DNA of 64,000 nt from Perna viridis (taxonomy: Eukaryota): NCBI GenBank assembly GCA_037379345.1, contig CM074514.1:16244001-16308000 (forward strand). The letters are read 5' to 3'. Under the pieces are notes generated by a model. It saw only the letters and a program-made list of their open reading frames with translations, did not search any database and had not been told where the DNA came from. The translations under genes and the position numbers were made by a program. Each line of letters begins with the position of its first letter. Position 1 is the first letter of the stretch. Shown piece by piece: positions 1 through 13,507 of the stretch.

Positions 1-1351
1 CTCCTTTAACTTCCTGAAAGTAATAAGTTTGGTGTTAAATCTGCGCTTCATTTTCTGGTTCAGGCATAGAGTATAGAGCATTATAAACTCTTACCACAAA
101 CGTTGCTTAACTATCGTTGTTTCAGAGTCACTTCAACCAGTGACTGTCAGTATTACTACACGTACATATCTGAAAGTGCAAACTCGAGGCTACTGTAAAT
201 ATTTTTTATAGGTAGATGTAAAATAAAATATGAAGTATCTCTACCACATAAAGAGCTAGCTTGCCTTCTCGCTTGACCATTCAGTCTAATACATGTATGT
301 ACAATCATTAATGGACTGTATGTAAACGAACAATTAAAAGTACAGATGCTTGTGGGGAGAATAGTACTTGCATATACACATACTTTTACCTTGATCTATA
401 GCTTGCATTCGAAAATCAAAGATCATTTTTCTGAATTCTTACACCTAGAAAAAAATTTGTGATTGAGCTATTCTCGAAAAAAATCTTCCGAATTCTTCAA
501 AATTTTAATAATGTTTATGTACCCCGTGATTTTTTGGCATGTATACTTTGTAATCTTCTTCGATAAGAGCTGAATGGTTACACTTGGCGAATTAAGCTAT
601 TAATTTGGCATGGATGCTGGTAAATTATTTTAATAGCTGACACAAAAAGGGAAGGGGTTCCGTTATTCTTTGCAAAGAGTCTGAATGGTGATTACCTGAT
701 ATTGACATAAAGATGCATGTAACTAACACCCCTGCATGGAAAGTTGAAGTTGCTAAACTCGTTAAACCTTGTTGCTGCCTGATGGTACTTCTTGCCAGTA
801 AAAAACGTAGTTTTGTCACCCAAATGGATTTTAATAACGTTCTCCTGAAGTGTAAAGCAAACAAAAAGTCAGTAATAACAAAAACAAATGAATACATATA
901 TATATTCGTTGACTATATAATGGACTTAATCACTTAATTCTCCTCGAAACCCTCAGCGAACTGTATTAACGGATATAAAAGTTCCACAATACACTGTAAA
1001 GTACCATTAAACTAAGACCTTTTATAAAAAAAATGGCAACAAATGACACCTAAGTAAATTCGATAAATATATTATCAATGTAACATGAACATCGTTTCAC
1101 CTCTACGTTTGACAAAAAACGAGCAAGTAACATTACTGTTGATTTACATGGATATTTTGTGTCTTGTCCTCGCTGTTAACATCTGACGAATATATTGAGA
1201 AACACGTACATGCAGGATGTAAAACATGAACATTAGCTAAAACAAAACAAAAAAATACTGTTCATTGCATTTTATAATCAGACTTAGCTGTATTAACTTG
1301 ACCTGCAATAATTAATGGATCTAAAAAAGGGAATTTCTACTTTTTGCCAAG

Positions 1352-2451
1352 ATGGTTGACACGCTTATTATTTTAAGTTTACTGAACATCGTATCGTATT
1401 GCGAGGGTCAGCTACCTATTAATGGCCGATTTACCGATCGGTTTGGGAAAAGTGTTGATGATCAATTTCGTATTTTAACGGGGGAAACTACTCGGAGGAT
1501 TCTTAATCAGTTTCAGACTCGGGCGACAGTAAAGGATCAAACACATATACTAGATAGCAGGTTAAATAATATGGGTAGCGATTTAGTGCCCACTGACGCC
1601 CAATCGTTGTTTTCTTTCATTCAAAGCGAACTTGGGAGATTAGGAATAAGCAACACAGACTTTAATTCTAATCTGCAATCTGGAGTATTTACTGGAAAGA
1701 ACCTTGGAAACTTTGGATCTACAGATTTTCTTCAAGGACAAAATGAAGTTACACCTGTGTGGGGTAACATAAAGCATGTTAGTGTACCAAGTACGATAGA
1801 GCCACAGGTATCAAACAAGGAACGACTCAGAAATAAGATTATAGACTTCAACACTGGTGGTCACAGACATACCATTGTTAATGGGTGGTCTGGGAACAAA
1901 AGTGATCATGACCAACTTTTCGAAAGAGAAAATAATCAGTCAAGTCAAGAAAAAAGAACAATTTACAATTCAGAGGGACAGGTCCAACTCCCTTTTAATT
2001 TCAACCTCAACACCGTGTCTCAAGGAAACATCGGGGAACGGGCCTTGTCTGAAGCAGATCTTTTACAAATGGGAACTGATGAGTTAGCTGCTGTTGCGAA
2101 GAACAAAATTGACTTTAATTCAGAACAGAGTTCACATTCCAATCTCCCGTCCGGTCTTGGAAAACACGCAATGAGCTTAAATTCAATTGTTGATGTCAAT
2201 ATGCATCAGCCTCCTTCAGATTTATATACATCGAATTCTTCAACAGAAGAAAGGCTCATACTTGCTCTATTAGAAAGATTAGTTGAGCTGAAAGAGAACC
2301 GTCTACAGAGACAATCTGCAGTACTAAGAAATGAAAACGATATTTCGAGTCGTTTAGCTCCGATAAGGGATGAATCAATATCCAGTAGAGGAAGTACAGT
2401 TGTGTCCCCTGGCTGGCATGGTAGTGTCCAATCATCATTTTGTCATTACAG
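1352..2451 (+). CDS. Uncharacterised secreted protein, coding exon 1 (signal peptide plus N/S/Q/G-rich low-complexity region)
   Basis: 367-codon ORF in AT-rich DNA. Hydrophobic N-terminus MVDTLIILSLLNIVSYCEG|Q looks like a signal peptide. Ends at donor AG|GTAATT (2451/2452), phase 2. Confidence 0.8.
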
Positions 2452-2726
2452 GTAATTATACTCTTCTTTTATATTATGGAGTCAATGGTATTGGATAAAG
2501 AAAATAAATATTTTTTTACGTTACATTATATAAAAATCAGAGAGAGAGAGAGATAAGTAAATTATTTTTTGAGATCGTTATTGCCTTAACTTCATTTCAA
2601 TCAAATCATTTTTATTATTGTTACAAAACTATTAACTATGTAAAGTCTAAGTACAGTATTTATACTGACAAGATCGTACTATATATATAATATAGCATAA
2701 ATGTATATGATTGTCTATCTATATAG

Positions 2727-2827
2727 TGGGTGCCCTACTACATATTACTGTGTGACTATAGCCTCGTCTGACTTGTTTGCTGATTTCTGTCCCGCTGACT
2801 CGCTCGAACCATGCCAATGTGCTCCAG
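2727..2827 (+). CDS. Uncharacterised secreted protein, coding exon 2 ((S)GCPTTYYCVTIASSDLFADFCPADSLEPCQCAP)
   Basis: Acceptor ctatctatatag|T and donor CCAG|gtattc. Phase 2 in and phase 1 out link exon 1 to exon 3 in frame. Cys-rich. Confidence 0.7.
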
Positions 2828-3327
2828 GTATTCTCTTTATTTAGTCAGTGTAATAGGTATCGGCCAGACTGAAATAAAATTGCCTGTTTAATTTTCTGTA
2901 TTTGTGAGAAGTATCTAAAATATCCGAGACTAATAACTATTTTCTAATTTACTTAATACGCTCTACGCTTTTCGCAAAGGCTGCACGAAATCAACTACAT
3001 ATCTACAAATTTAAAGCTCTTAACTGCGTATTTTATTTACTGGGCTCGACAATAATAAATGTTTTGAACCTCTGAACCAATGATTGTGTTTCGATTTATG
3101 TCCCTTTGAACAGTTACATTCGAATATTTTTTATAGCACAATACTCAGATTTCCCATCATTGGGCTTGTTATGTTTGTGTCGTGTCTTTTCTATTTATAT
3201 TTTTTTTTTTTGTGGATTACTTTTTGTTCATACTTGATATCTTGTCTATTATCAAATACTCAAATGGCTTTATTTATATCCTTTTTTTTAAGTACCAATG
3301 TAACTAAGCGTTTCTTTATTTTGGCAG

Positions 3328-3413
3328 GTTGTAACTTTCAGAACAGGTTCTTACCTGAAAATGCAGTAGAAAGGGTTGGTAGATGTCGGAAATGCTTCTG
3401 TGAACACGGCGAG
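3328..3413 (+). CDS. Uncharacterised secreted protein, coding exon 3 ((G)CNFQNRFLPENAVERVGRCRKCFCEHGE)
   Basis: Acceptor tttattttggcag|GT and donor GAG|gtgtgt. The CxxCxCxxG motif resembles the N-terminal half of a VWC domain. Confidence 0.75.
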
Positions 3414-3559
3414 GTGTGTACTATCAAAACTAAGCATGGTTCAAGTATACTTTATTTACTAGACACCACGAGTTTTTTTTTAAATTAATTAAATGAGTCC
3501 TTTTAATGACCCTTGAAATCCAGGAAGTATATCATGATTATGATGTTCGTCCGTCCCCA

Positions 3560-4010
3560 GTTCTAACCCACAACTCTTCTGAAACCGCTGAGTGGAATTT
3601 AATGAAACTTTCACAAATAATTTATCACACGATGTCGTAGTGCGCCTATCTTCCGTTTTTGTTCTTATACGAAAGACTTTTGGAGTTTTCTGAAGCAAAA
3701 TATGGACTTTGTCATTGGTCACTAACAGGGACCATCTTAATCGCAACTACTTTAAACCGCTGAATGTAGATTTTGACGAAACTTTCACAAATTCGTTATC
3801 AAATAATGCCATTTTGCACATTATTTTGTCTTTTTTTCATCTAAATGACATGGAGATTTCTGGTGTAAAACATGGAATCTGTCATTGGCCGACCAAGGGA
3901 GAACCATCATCATGTCCACAACTCCTCTAAAACCGCTGAATAAAATTTGATGAAAGTTTTATAAATTTATAAATTCACATGGTTCAATTGTGCACCTCAT
4001 AATTTTCATT
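3560..4010. repeat. Degenerate ~173-bp tandem units resembling the central repeats of bivalve Helentron/HINE-type elements
   Basis: Motif CAACT..TC/TT.AAACCGCTGA..GAA.TT.A.GAAA.TTT recurs at 3571, 3744 and 3919. A further partial unit resumes at about 4910-5010. Confidence 0.5.
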
Positions 4011-4011
4011 T

Positions 4012-4902
4012 TCCGGTGCATTACATCTACGAACTTTCTTGTTACAATTGCGAACTTTTTTGTTATACTTGCGAACTTTTTTGTATTACATTTGCGAAAT
4101 ATTTAATAATTTAACATTTGCGAACTTTTTGAAAATATACATCTTTACAATGTTTTAGCCATGCTTCTGGGAAGTACGTAGGATTACAAGTAGGATATAT
4201 AGCACTTAGTCTATTTAATTTATTAAAATATACATTTCTGAAATGAAAAAAAAATCACACACACATGCACATGCACATGCACACGGATTGACAAACATGA
4301 TTTAAAAAATAGTTCAATAAAATAGCCTCAGTTACTTCAGTGTGACACAGTTTTACATGTCGCATGGGGCGGCAAACTTAAAAACTAGGGTTTTCACGAA
4401 ATAAACTTCTGTCAATAACACTAGTCGTGAACTGTAAAAGCTGTTTCAGGAGAAAGTCTAGTTTTTCCTTTTATGCATTTCTAGGAACCGAAATGTCTAA
4501 CAGTCAAGTTGTAAACATTGGTTCCCCCTATTTGTCTCAAAGATTGTAAAATCCATTGTTCAGTAAGATCGTACGTAGTTGTACCGAAGTGACCAGTTGA
4601 TTAGAATTACAAGTTAATATGGGAGACGAAAACAAAGAAATATGCATATAGCCAAAGTAATGTGAAAAAGTGATTAGTGAGCAAAATTCAAAACAGATCA
4701 GACCACATATCTGAACTGTTATATAAATATTTATATAAAGTCTTTACAAAATTTTTATATAGTATATATCATTTGGTTCGCAAATGTTAATTTTACAAAT
4801 GGTTCGCAAATGTAATTAAAGAAGTTTGCAAACGTAGGTGCTAAGATTTCCACATGTAACAGTCCTTAATTACAAAGAGTTCGAGAATTTAATGTTCCCC
4901 GT
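4012..4902. mobile_element. Non-autonomous DNA transposon (MITE-like) with sub-terminal inverted repeats
   Basis: Several TTACA(T)TTGCGAAC motifs at 4020-4130 are mirrored by GTTCGCAAATGTAA-like motifs at 4775-4890. It interrupts the ~173-bp array. Confidence 0.5.
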
Positions 4903-5685
4903 TATTCAAATCTAAATGATTTTTGCGAATTCAGGTTTCCTAAGTGCAAAACATGGACTTTGCCCGTGGGGCATTTCTAACCCACAACTCCCAATACATG
5001 TAGAATTTTATGTTGTGGTATCACAAAGTGAGCTTTGACCAGTTTATCTGGTTTTAAAATTAAACATACAATGTGTGCCTCCTATACACATGTATGGGAG
5101 TTTACCGGTGTTCGACTTGTTTCAAACATTCACGAACACAAATCACAATGGAGAACCTGAAAAAGCTTTTACACTCGATAGGTTAAGTTGTAGGTATTAT
5201 CGCTTAACGAAAGACAACTCTAATAAATGTTTGTAAAATAATGAAATATAAATTAGTAAATAAATAATTAAAAGTCGCATTTAATTTGGAGCTCAATTAC
5301 AATACGTTATTTTTTATGAGAATTTAATAGTGCCTGTACTCAGTAGATCTTGCATGCGCCAGAAGGATGTAAGTTTGGGTTACCGAATGTAGACATTGCA
5401 TGCACCAACGGGATACCAGAGGGGTACCTAATGTAGAAAAGGACGTCGCATGGGTTCTGCATGAAGATTGTGCATACGCAGATTGATACCAGACGGTTTC
5501 CAAAAAAAACAAAAACAAAAAAGATTTTGATTGCAACAGGGGGTAATGACAGTGGGGTAATTTAGGGATTCCAAACCTTTGCAAGCTATAATTATTATGT
5601 TTTAGAATCATTTTTACTTCTACGTTTTATGTCATTTTTAGGTCAGTAAGTGAGAAATTTTATTATTGATTTGTTTTTTTTATAG

Positions 5686-5775
5686 ATCTTTTGTCAGTTT
5701 ACAAGGAGATGTAGAACACTATATAGACAGGCGAGTAAAAGTGGGCGTTCAATCTTCCCTCAAGACTTCATTTGA
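5686..5775 (+). CDS. Uncharacterised secreted protein, terminal coding exon (IFCQFTRRCRTLYRQASKSGRSIFPQDFI*)
   Basis: Strong acceptor ttgttttttttatag|ATC in phase 0. Completes CxxCxCxxGxxxC and ends at TGA 5773-5775. Confidence 0.65.
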   Translation: MFCQFTRRCRTLYRQASKSGRSIFPQDFI

Positions 5776-6712
5776 TGCTATACTAAATATCGTATCAAAT
5801 ACCGATAAAAATTCTTGATTATTGTTAACGCTTCAATATTTTAAGGTCCACCAACCCAAAGATCTAAGTGATTTTATGTAATGTTTACCCCCTTTGTGGT
5901 ATTGTTTTTGTATGATGCTGTAGTTCTCGGAAATAATTATAACTTTCTCTCTACTGATAGAAACAGTGCAGAGATTAACATGCTGGTTTTATATAAAAAA
6001 ATTGATTTAGAAATATAAATGTTGTAATAATATGAATTTCTAAATTAAAACTTTTTATTTATCATTCAGTAGCGGCATACCCCCAAGAAAAATTTGAAAA
6101 TATTAAACCTCCAATCCTGCATTCTGATGGTATCTGGAACAATTTTTCAACAATTATTAAAAACTACAATTTTCTAAGGGGGGGGGGCGCCCCTTCTGGA
6201 TCCTCTGTCACTTTTTCAATAACACTAAATGGTCAGTTATCAAAGATGATTCCATAGTTTTTTCCTCCATCTATATGTTTTAAAATTCTTATAAAACATC
6301 AACAAATTAATTAGAAAAGTACCCCTTTGGAAAAACAGTCAATTGTTATAGCTGGTAAGCATTTACATGTATCAGGTAAATCGGTCGGGATGATGAACTG
6401 TTATCATTTTACGCTGACACATGAACGTGTTTTTGTTGTGTTTTTTTTTGTAAGAACGTCATTGTGTTTTTAGTTTTATTAATTTACTCATTAGTCAGAA
6501 GGCCTATCCTACCCTTCAGTGCGAGATTTACTCTGTATCGAAGTCTCTTGTTTGTTTTATCAGCTTTACCCATGAAGTGGTTGTCTCCTGTGCATTTTAT
6601 TCACTACAGTATAAACGCCAAAGAATTCGTATAGTGTATGCAGGTCGAGTGACATTGAAATTCCTTATGTAATTGTCTTACAGTTGTATATGCATTGCAC
6701 GCGAAATTAACC

Positions 6713-7370
6713 AAAATCCCGTTATCTTAACAGACCGTTATCTACGGGTTAACAGACTGTAACTCACAATATTAACTAACTACCCAAAATACTTTCAAAA
6801 ATGTCAAAAACTGACAAAATGATATGAATTTAAACCGGGCATCTATACGGGGCCAATATGGATCAAACCGGGGCCAATACGGCATCATAACTTTCGGTCG
6901 TTTGACACCGCCATTTTGAGTTAGAATTGGATTTCATGAACTTTGATCATCGGATCTGAAAACTGCAGAAACACAAAAAAATCTTCCATTTAATACAAAA
7001 AGGATATTTCAGACTGATTAATGCAAATAAATCTACATGTTCTCGGTAAAACACAAAAACAACTGTTCTACAAATTATCTAGTTGAGTTGTTTAATAAAA
7101 TTGTCAATAAATATGTAATTTCATATTAGCCCTGTTATAGGTTTCGGTCAATCATATTGGCATCGACAGCCGTATTGGCCCTCGGCGATGCCTCGGGACC
7201 AATACGACCGCCTCGACCAATATGACAGACCTCAAACCTATAACAGGGCCAATATGAAATTACACATTTATTAACACATAATATCACCTGTGATCGAAAA
7301 TTAAATTCCGCTATAAAGCTCGCTAACCCATAGATAATGCCTGCTAACCCATAGATAACGGGAAATTCCG
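6713..7370. mobile_element. Non-autonomous element with inverted ends and an internal ~165-bp hairpin
   Basis: CCGTTATCTACGGGTTAACAG (6735-6755) matches the reverse complement of 7341-7361 at 19/21. Internal imperfect palindrome at 7106-7272. Confidence 0.6.
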
Positions 7371-10300
7371 TATATATGCCCTCTTAGTGTGATCCTACAT
7401 CACATTCACCTCAATAGAGGCCTCGATAGAGGTAATATGAAGTGAGGTCACAGGGATGTGAGTTTACACCAGTAGAACTATTCTCTTATAAAATAAGGAG
7501 TATGGACACATTGACAGCAAAGAAACAGATATAACAATCATAACTACCTATTAACTATTACCGATGGGAAAAAATCTGTAAATGTATTTAAACAGCGTAG
7601 GAAATCAGTTTCCTTATGACAATGTCAATCCTAGACGACATTAACTTACAGTATATAGTAGGAAATAGAGGAGTATTTGATTGCTTTTGGAGTAAAAACC
7701 ATTATGGAGGAAATGAGTTCATTGGTCAATACAAAAAAATCAAGGTTCATAAATAGTTAATATAATGGTGAACATGACAGAGAATTATGGACTAAGGCAA
7801 AATGTCTGTGTAAACAATATAGTTCAAATTTTGGCACAGAATTTTGGAAAAACAGTAATTAACGTTGAATACTTCTTTGATAGTTTCAAAGAAAAGAAAA
7901 TATTTTCAAACATGGGATATGATTTTTCTATGCAATTACATCCAGGATTTAATTCTGAACATATATTAGCACAGCTAAGTAAGTTAGGGTACAAGATGGT
8001 TGATTTCCATAGCACAACATTAAAAAATATAGAAAAAATGATAGAACTTAGAACATACGTATACATAAAGACAAAGCTATGTGTACATGATCGTTTTGAG
8101 TGGACGAAATAGGAAAATAAGGAAACGTAGATTTTTTATAGAAATTTGTGCTAAAAGTGTAACAACATATTTCAATATAAACGCAAACTCCAAAAAAAAA
8201 CCGTCGAGGGCTGAGAGAAAACTGATACTTCACGATACATACGGGGCCTTTGCAAACCATTTAAAAACATTTAGATAGAAATTTAAACTATTTATGGTAG
8301 TTACAAAAAGAAATTTTATTATATCTAAATAGTGTGACAAACTCAGGCTCTGTTGTGTACTTGATACGGAGATATTTGCCACTCAATTATATTGTGTCAG
8401 TCGTCTGTCAAATATTAAATAATTTGATTGAGAACCATTTCTGCATATAAATTTTACACCAAATTAGATTTGGCTTTATATGCACTAGAGTAGAAGACTA
8501 TTAACTCGCAAGACAGTTTCTAAAAACAAGACATTTTGGGTTAATTGGAATTTTGATTGAGAATTTCGTCTGTCAAATTTACTGGTAATCGCATCCTAGA
8601 GCTTCCATACACGACTTGAGCACGTACGAAAATGGAAGGCACAGGGTCGTAGCAAGATAATTTTGGTTTGATATTCTGATCACTAAATCGTGATAAATTA
8701 ATAAATGAGTTGAGAAATAGACTGCTATCTTATAATCTACCACTTATTCACAAGAAATGAAAGATTAATGGGCGATAAGTTATGTTTATTGAAATAAAAT
8801 GAGCAGAATGAACAGAGATTTGTCAACTCCTTACAACCGTGCTGGATATTGGTTTTAATTGATCAAGCAATGTACATGTATGGATTCCAGTGTGGTTTTT
8901 TTAACAGATTACGAAAGAAAATTGTTATTTTCCGAAATACAAACACCCAAACAGAAATAAATGTTACTGCTGTGTGAACTTTATATAAATATTGGCTAGA
9001 CTGAGTAATTAATATCCACGAAAAACTGATTTCAAGTAAATACCAGGCTAGGGATTTTTATGAACCAATCACTTGGTTCCTAGTAACATAATGCTTAAAA
9101 AATATGTCTTGATTCTTTCCTGCTTCTGCAGCCTTATCAGGCGTTTCGCGAACAACCTGTAAACACGATTCAATACAGTTTTTGCTTGTAAAACATTTTT
9201 CTTCAACTTTTAATTACAAAAACCGTATCTATAGATGTCTGTATTTCCAGTCTCTTCAGAGATTATATAAAACTGCAGTCGCAGAGCAGCAAATGGTATG
9301 TATCAATGCTAATTACTATATCTTTCAGGCACCTGGCATTGTTTGTTGATGGCTTGCCATCTGCTGAAAACTTTCTTAATTTATTTCACAAAAATGTGAG
9401 CTAATTGGCATTAACAACGTAATTTGGGCATGTTGAGCTACAACATTCACAATATTTTTGGACTAAGTTCATTTGAAATGTCAAACATTACATTGAATCT
9501 TTGCGTTTCTTTGATGCAATGTTAAACCACCGCTGGCATATATTACATGCTTCAATGTCAGTGATAATTCCACGTTGTCTTAAACGCTTCCGACCTTGTA
9601 TTCCTTTGTTTCTGTCATTTTGAATCAGATCGAATCGTCCTTGAGATATATATCAGAATGGAAGTTTTAGGTCATTTATTTTTTTTTTCACAGCCGGTCC
9701 ATTTAAAGTTGACTTCGAGCAAGCTGCTCAATTGACCTGTGTTTTGTCTACATGCATGAACCTTGACAAATATAAACTCAACATTCGAGCCACTCCTCGT
9801 TTGTGAAATTAAATACCGAATTATATTTATTTCTTTGACTTACTGTTATTTGGTGTTAACTAAATGTCAAGTGATTTCTAAGCCTATTAATTAATATGAA
9901 TGAAAACTCTTAAACATGACACACTGGACACAAAATAAAAGGGTAAAACTAAGCGGCAGGTGCAAGAACAAATCTTATTGTGTTTATAAGGCACTTGAAT
10001 TGAAAATAAGACGCCTATTAGGATTAAACAATGCCATCAGTTCCGTGGTCATGGCTAAGACTTTATTACCTCCCTTGCTGGAATTGTCAACGTCTGAAGT
10101 GATTTAAGAAGTAAAGTATAAAACTCGTTTTAGCATGATGAAGCATTATCAGCGATCATCGTAAAGATGTCACAATAAATTTACAACTGAAAAAAAAATA
10201 TATATAGAATCTTTTTGCATTGCTAATATGCAATGTTTGAGTTAGATAATAATTACATAATTCATACCAATGGCGTTCCAATGTAGTTAAATTTGTACAG

Positions 10301-10639
10301 GTAGATTCCGATTCTTAAGTTTTTTTATGGTGTCAGAAAAAAGTTAAGGTTTTGATTTGCTTGGTTTTTTTTTTAATTTATCAAAATAATTCTTTTGGAA
10401 AAGTTGAAATGAATTTAGTAATTGCATAAAAACAAAATAAAAAAAAAGAAAAAGAAAGACAGTTTAAAGTTAAGACGGTGTCCATGTAAAACTGCATGCC
10501 ATGGACTGTCTCTTAAGATTTAAAGTTTTAAGGTAATGCTCTAACAGTAAACAATGACGTAAGGAAGGAAATATGATAGTGATTGACCAGTCAATATTAA
10601 CATCTATACAATGCAAAATAGAAAGTACATCTACAAAAC

Positions 10640-10752
10640 CAAACAATAAATATACAAACAACCAAAAAAAAAAAAAAAAACAAACCCAAAAACAAAACAA
10701 AACAAAACAAAGACAAACAACAACAAAAAAAACAACAAAAAACAAAAAAAAC
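10640..10752. repeat. A-rich (AAAC/AAAAC)n low-complexity tract
   Basis: Seen directly. Confidence 0.9.
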
Positions 10753-13339
10753 CTACAACTAGCAAAAGCATACTAGCAGAGAAAACCTAGTTTAGGTATC
10801 CAGGATATGACCATTCGCAGCATAGATCAAGTCGGATGCAAAATAATAATTTAAGTATACTGATATATAATTATTTAACGATGATCGTTGCGTAATTGTT
10901 TGATATATGTAGCTTTTGAAATGACCAAAAAATGTTGATAAAATATTGTCTTTAGTATAACATAGACATAGACAAAACGCAATTAAGCTATGCTTCGGTG
11001 TCACTCCCGTAAACGGGTTCTCAAAGAAGAAGAAATTTACAAGAAAAAATAGCTAATTTTAAACTTTTAACATTCAAATATAAGGCTTTTAAAGCCTTAA
11101 ACTTGTGTCGTATGGATAAAGCGTAGTAAAATATTATACCAGATCTAGGCGATCAGAGGAAAAGACATTACATAATCTAGATACTTATGTGTTGCATTCG
11201 GTCGAATACACAGTTCACGAAGTACGACCATATTCCGTTGATTTCTCTTCGCAAAATACCGCCAATTGACAAGAAAAATGAAATATCATGGTTTATGACA
11301 TATTTGTACGCTTAATTTGTCACCCCCACTTTGTGCTTTGAAGATATGAAAATTTTCTTTTCAATCATACTTATCGTGTTCTCATACCAGCCAACAATAA
11401 GCAGTATTATACAGTGGGACTTAAGATTAACAAAGATCCTGTGAAGAAAACACATTGAACAAAAAGATAAGTGTGAAAATAACATGACATGTACAGCATT
11501 ATAACGTTCTGAAGTCAATAATATTGAGCTCTTTAGTCTGTTGTATCGTTTGATCTATGTGTAGTTCTTTTAAAATGTGGCAAAGGTTAACTACAAGTGA
11601 TATGAAGATTTGTTTGTTATTGAAACGACTTAATCCTCGTTAACACTAGTCTTTTTATGGTGTAAATCTTACAAAACTCCCGCTGTTGGTATCTATTGAT
11701 TAAACTGTTTAAAGTTTATAAATAAGAGTTTTGAGAAAAAAAAAGATTTCGTGTTTTCTACTTTGGACAAACTAACAAAAATATATAAATCACTTTTTGA
11801 GTCTATTTTAACATACTTTTTTGGTATTGCGTAGCTAGGAACTAAAACCCAGATGTCGAATAAACAAATATTTCAATTAAATGCTCCTTCAACAAGCATA
11901 TCAAAGATTATTCTTTGTGTTAATAGAAACGAAAAAGATCCTCTTGATCCGTTTCCATTCATGCTTAAGAATACACGTGTTTACGAATGTAGAAATTAAA
12001 AGATTTGTGTACCTGTGACAAATTTTTTCGTCTAGTACGTGGGAAATAGTTAATTTGATCAGTGATACGGTTAGCATGAAATGGTTACAACTTTTTTTCA
12101 GTTTTTACTGCCCACTTGTTTAAATAAAAAAACTATTTCTCTTATTGTGGTTTTTACCAAGCACACGGCCCTCGCAATGTAAAATCGTTGGTTAATTCTG
12201 CAGTTATTCACAATTTTATATGTTCAATTACAGATTATCGTGCCCGAAATACTGTACCAATAATTACGGTGCCAAGATAGGAATGCCATAATTAACGTGC
12301 AACTATCATAAGCGGAATGGGCTTTAAGGTTCCCCAAAATACTAACGAAAAAAAAAGTCATGTCCCGAAGGTTACAAAAGTTGACTGTCCTTACGGAAAA
12401 AAATCATCGCTTCCTTAAACCAAACAAATAAAATTACATATGTTAAGATTAAACTTTAGTAAAAACAAATTCATCTTTTCTGATAGTTTTTTTAGTCTTT
12501 CTCTATTTTTTTACTTGTTAAAACAAGTTCATATGATGTTTTTTTTAAAAAGTTCGGGAAACACGTGGATGTACATACGTGTATCTCCACTGTTTCACTG
12601 TCGCTGTTGTCAAGAACCTAAACCGCCTTGGAAAAAAATATAACTCCGATTATATCATCAAAATCGAAGCACAGCTTTTCTAAGATAGGAAAGGCAATCA
12701 TTTTCTTGTTTGGAATTTGCAGCTGTCGCCTGAATTTTGTTTACGTCACGTGATATGTTAAAATATTCCCACCATCCGTGGAGAACTGTAATATATCCGA
12801 TATCTGTACAGATTGATCTGACCGGCCAAAACTGAAATGGATGTTGCATAGATGCCCTTAAGGGATAAAAAAGCAAAGTATTGCGAAGTGCTATAAAGTT
12901 ACCAACCATTTTGAATGCAAGGGGAAAGGGGGGTATGGAGTTAGAATTTTGGGAAAAATATTTTTAAGTTATTCATTTATTGGAAAAGAAACCTCCCCCA
13001 TTAATTAACAAGACAGATTTTCAAATAGAAATATTGACTTTGCTTGGTGCATAAATATATTTAAAAATATTGCACTTGCGAATCAAGAAATAGGCAATGT
13101 CTACCCCATATTATTTATACAAATGAATAATTTCTTTGTCATAAAAATCGTTACCCTTTGTTAATCCCGTCAACCTGTACGTAAATCGATATTTCTCCTA
13201 CATCTTTCTCATATTTTACTCTTTTCTGGCCCATGATATATATTTCCTTTTTTTTATATTCCTATAAACTCTTTCTCGACCTTCCGACATTTAGTTTTTT
13301 TTCAGTATAAGTAGATGTAAACTGAATCATCAGATTCTT

Positions 13340-13507
13340 ATTTAATGAAAGGAGATCTTGCACCCTTAGGCCATTTAATGAAAGGCCCTCTTGCACCCTT
13401 AGGCCATAATGAAAGGAGTTCTTGCATCCTTAGGTCGTTAAATGAAAGGACCTCTTGCACCCATAGGTCATTTAACGACAGGAGCTCTTGCACCCTTGGG
13501 CCATTAA
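13340..13507. repeat. Minisatellite, ~33-bp unit, ~5 copies
   Basis: Unit ATTTAATGAAAGGAGATCTTGCACCCTTAGGCC repeated with substitutions. Confidence 0.9.

Noticed and set aside
3084-3327. 5' part of the 134-aa ORF as a membrane protein
   Set aside because: T-rich intron sequence upstream of the acceptor at 3327. Only 3328-3413 is exonic.
10470-10776. Hydrophobic and Lys-rich ORFs (also 14039-14236)
   Set aside because: Translations of A-rich low-complexity tracts.
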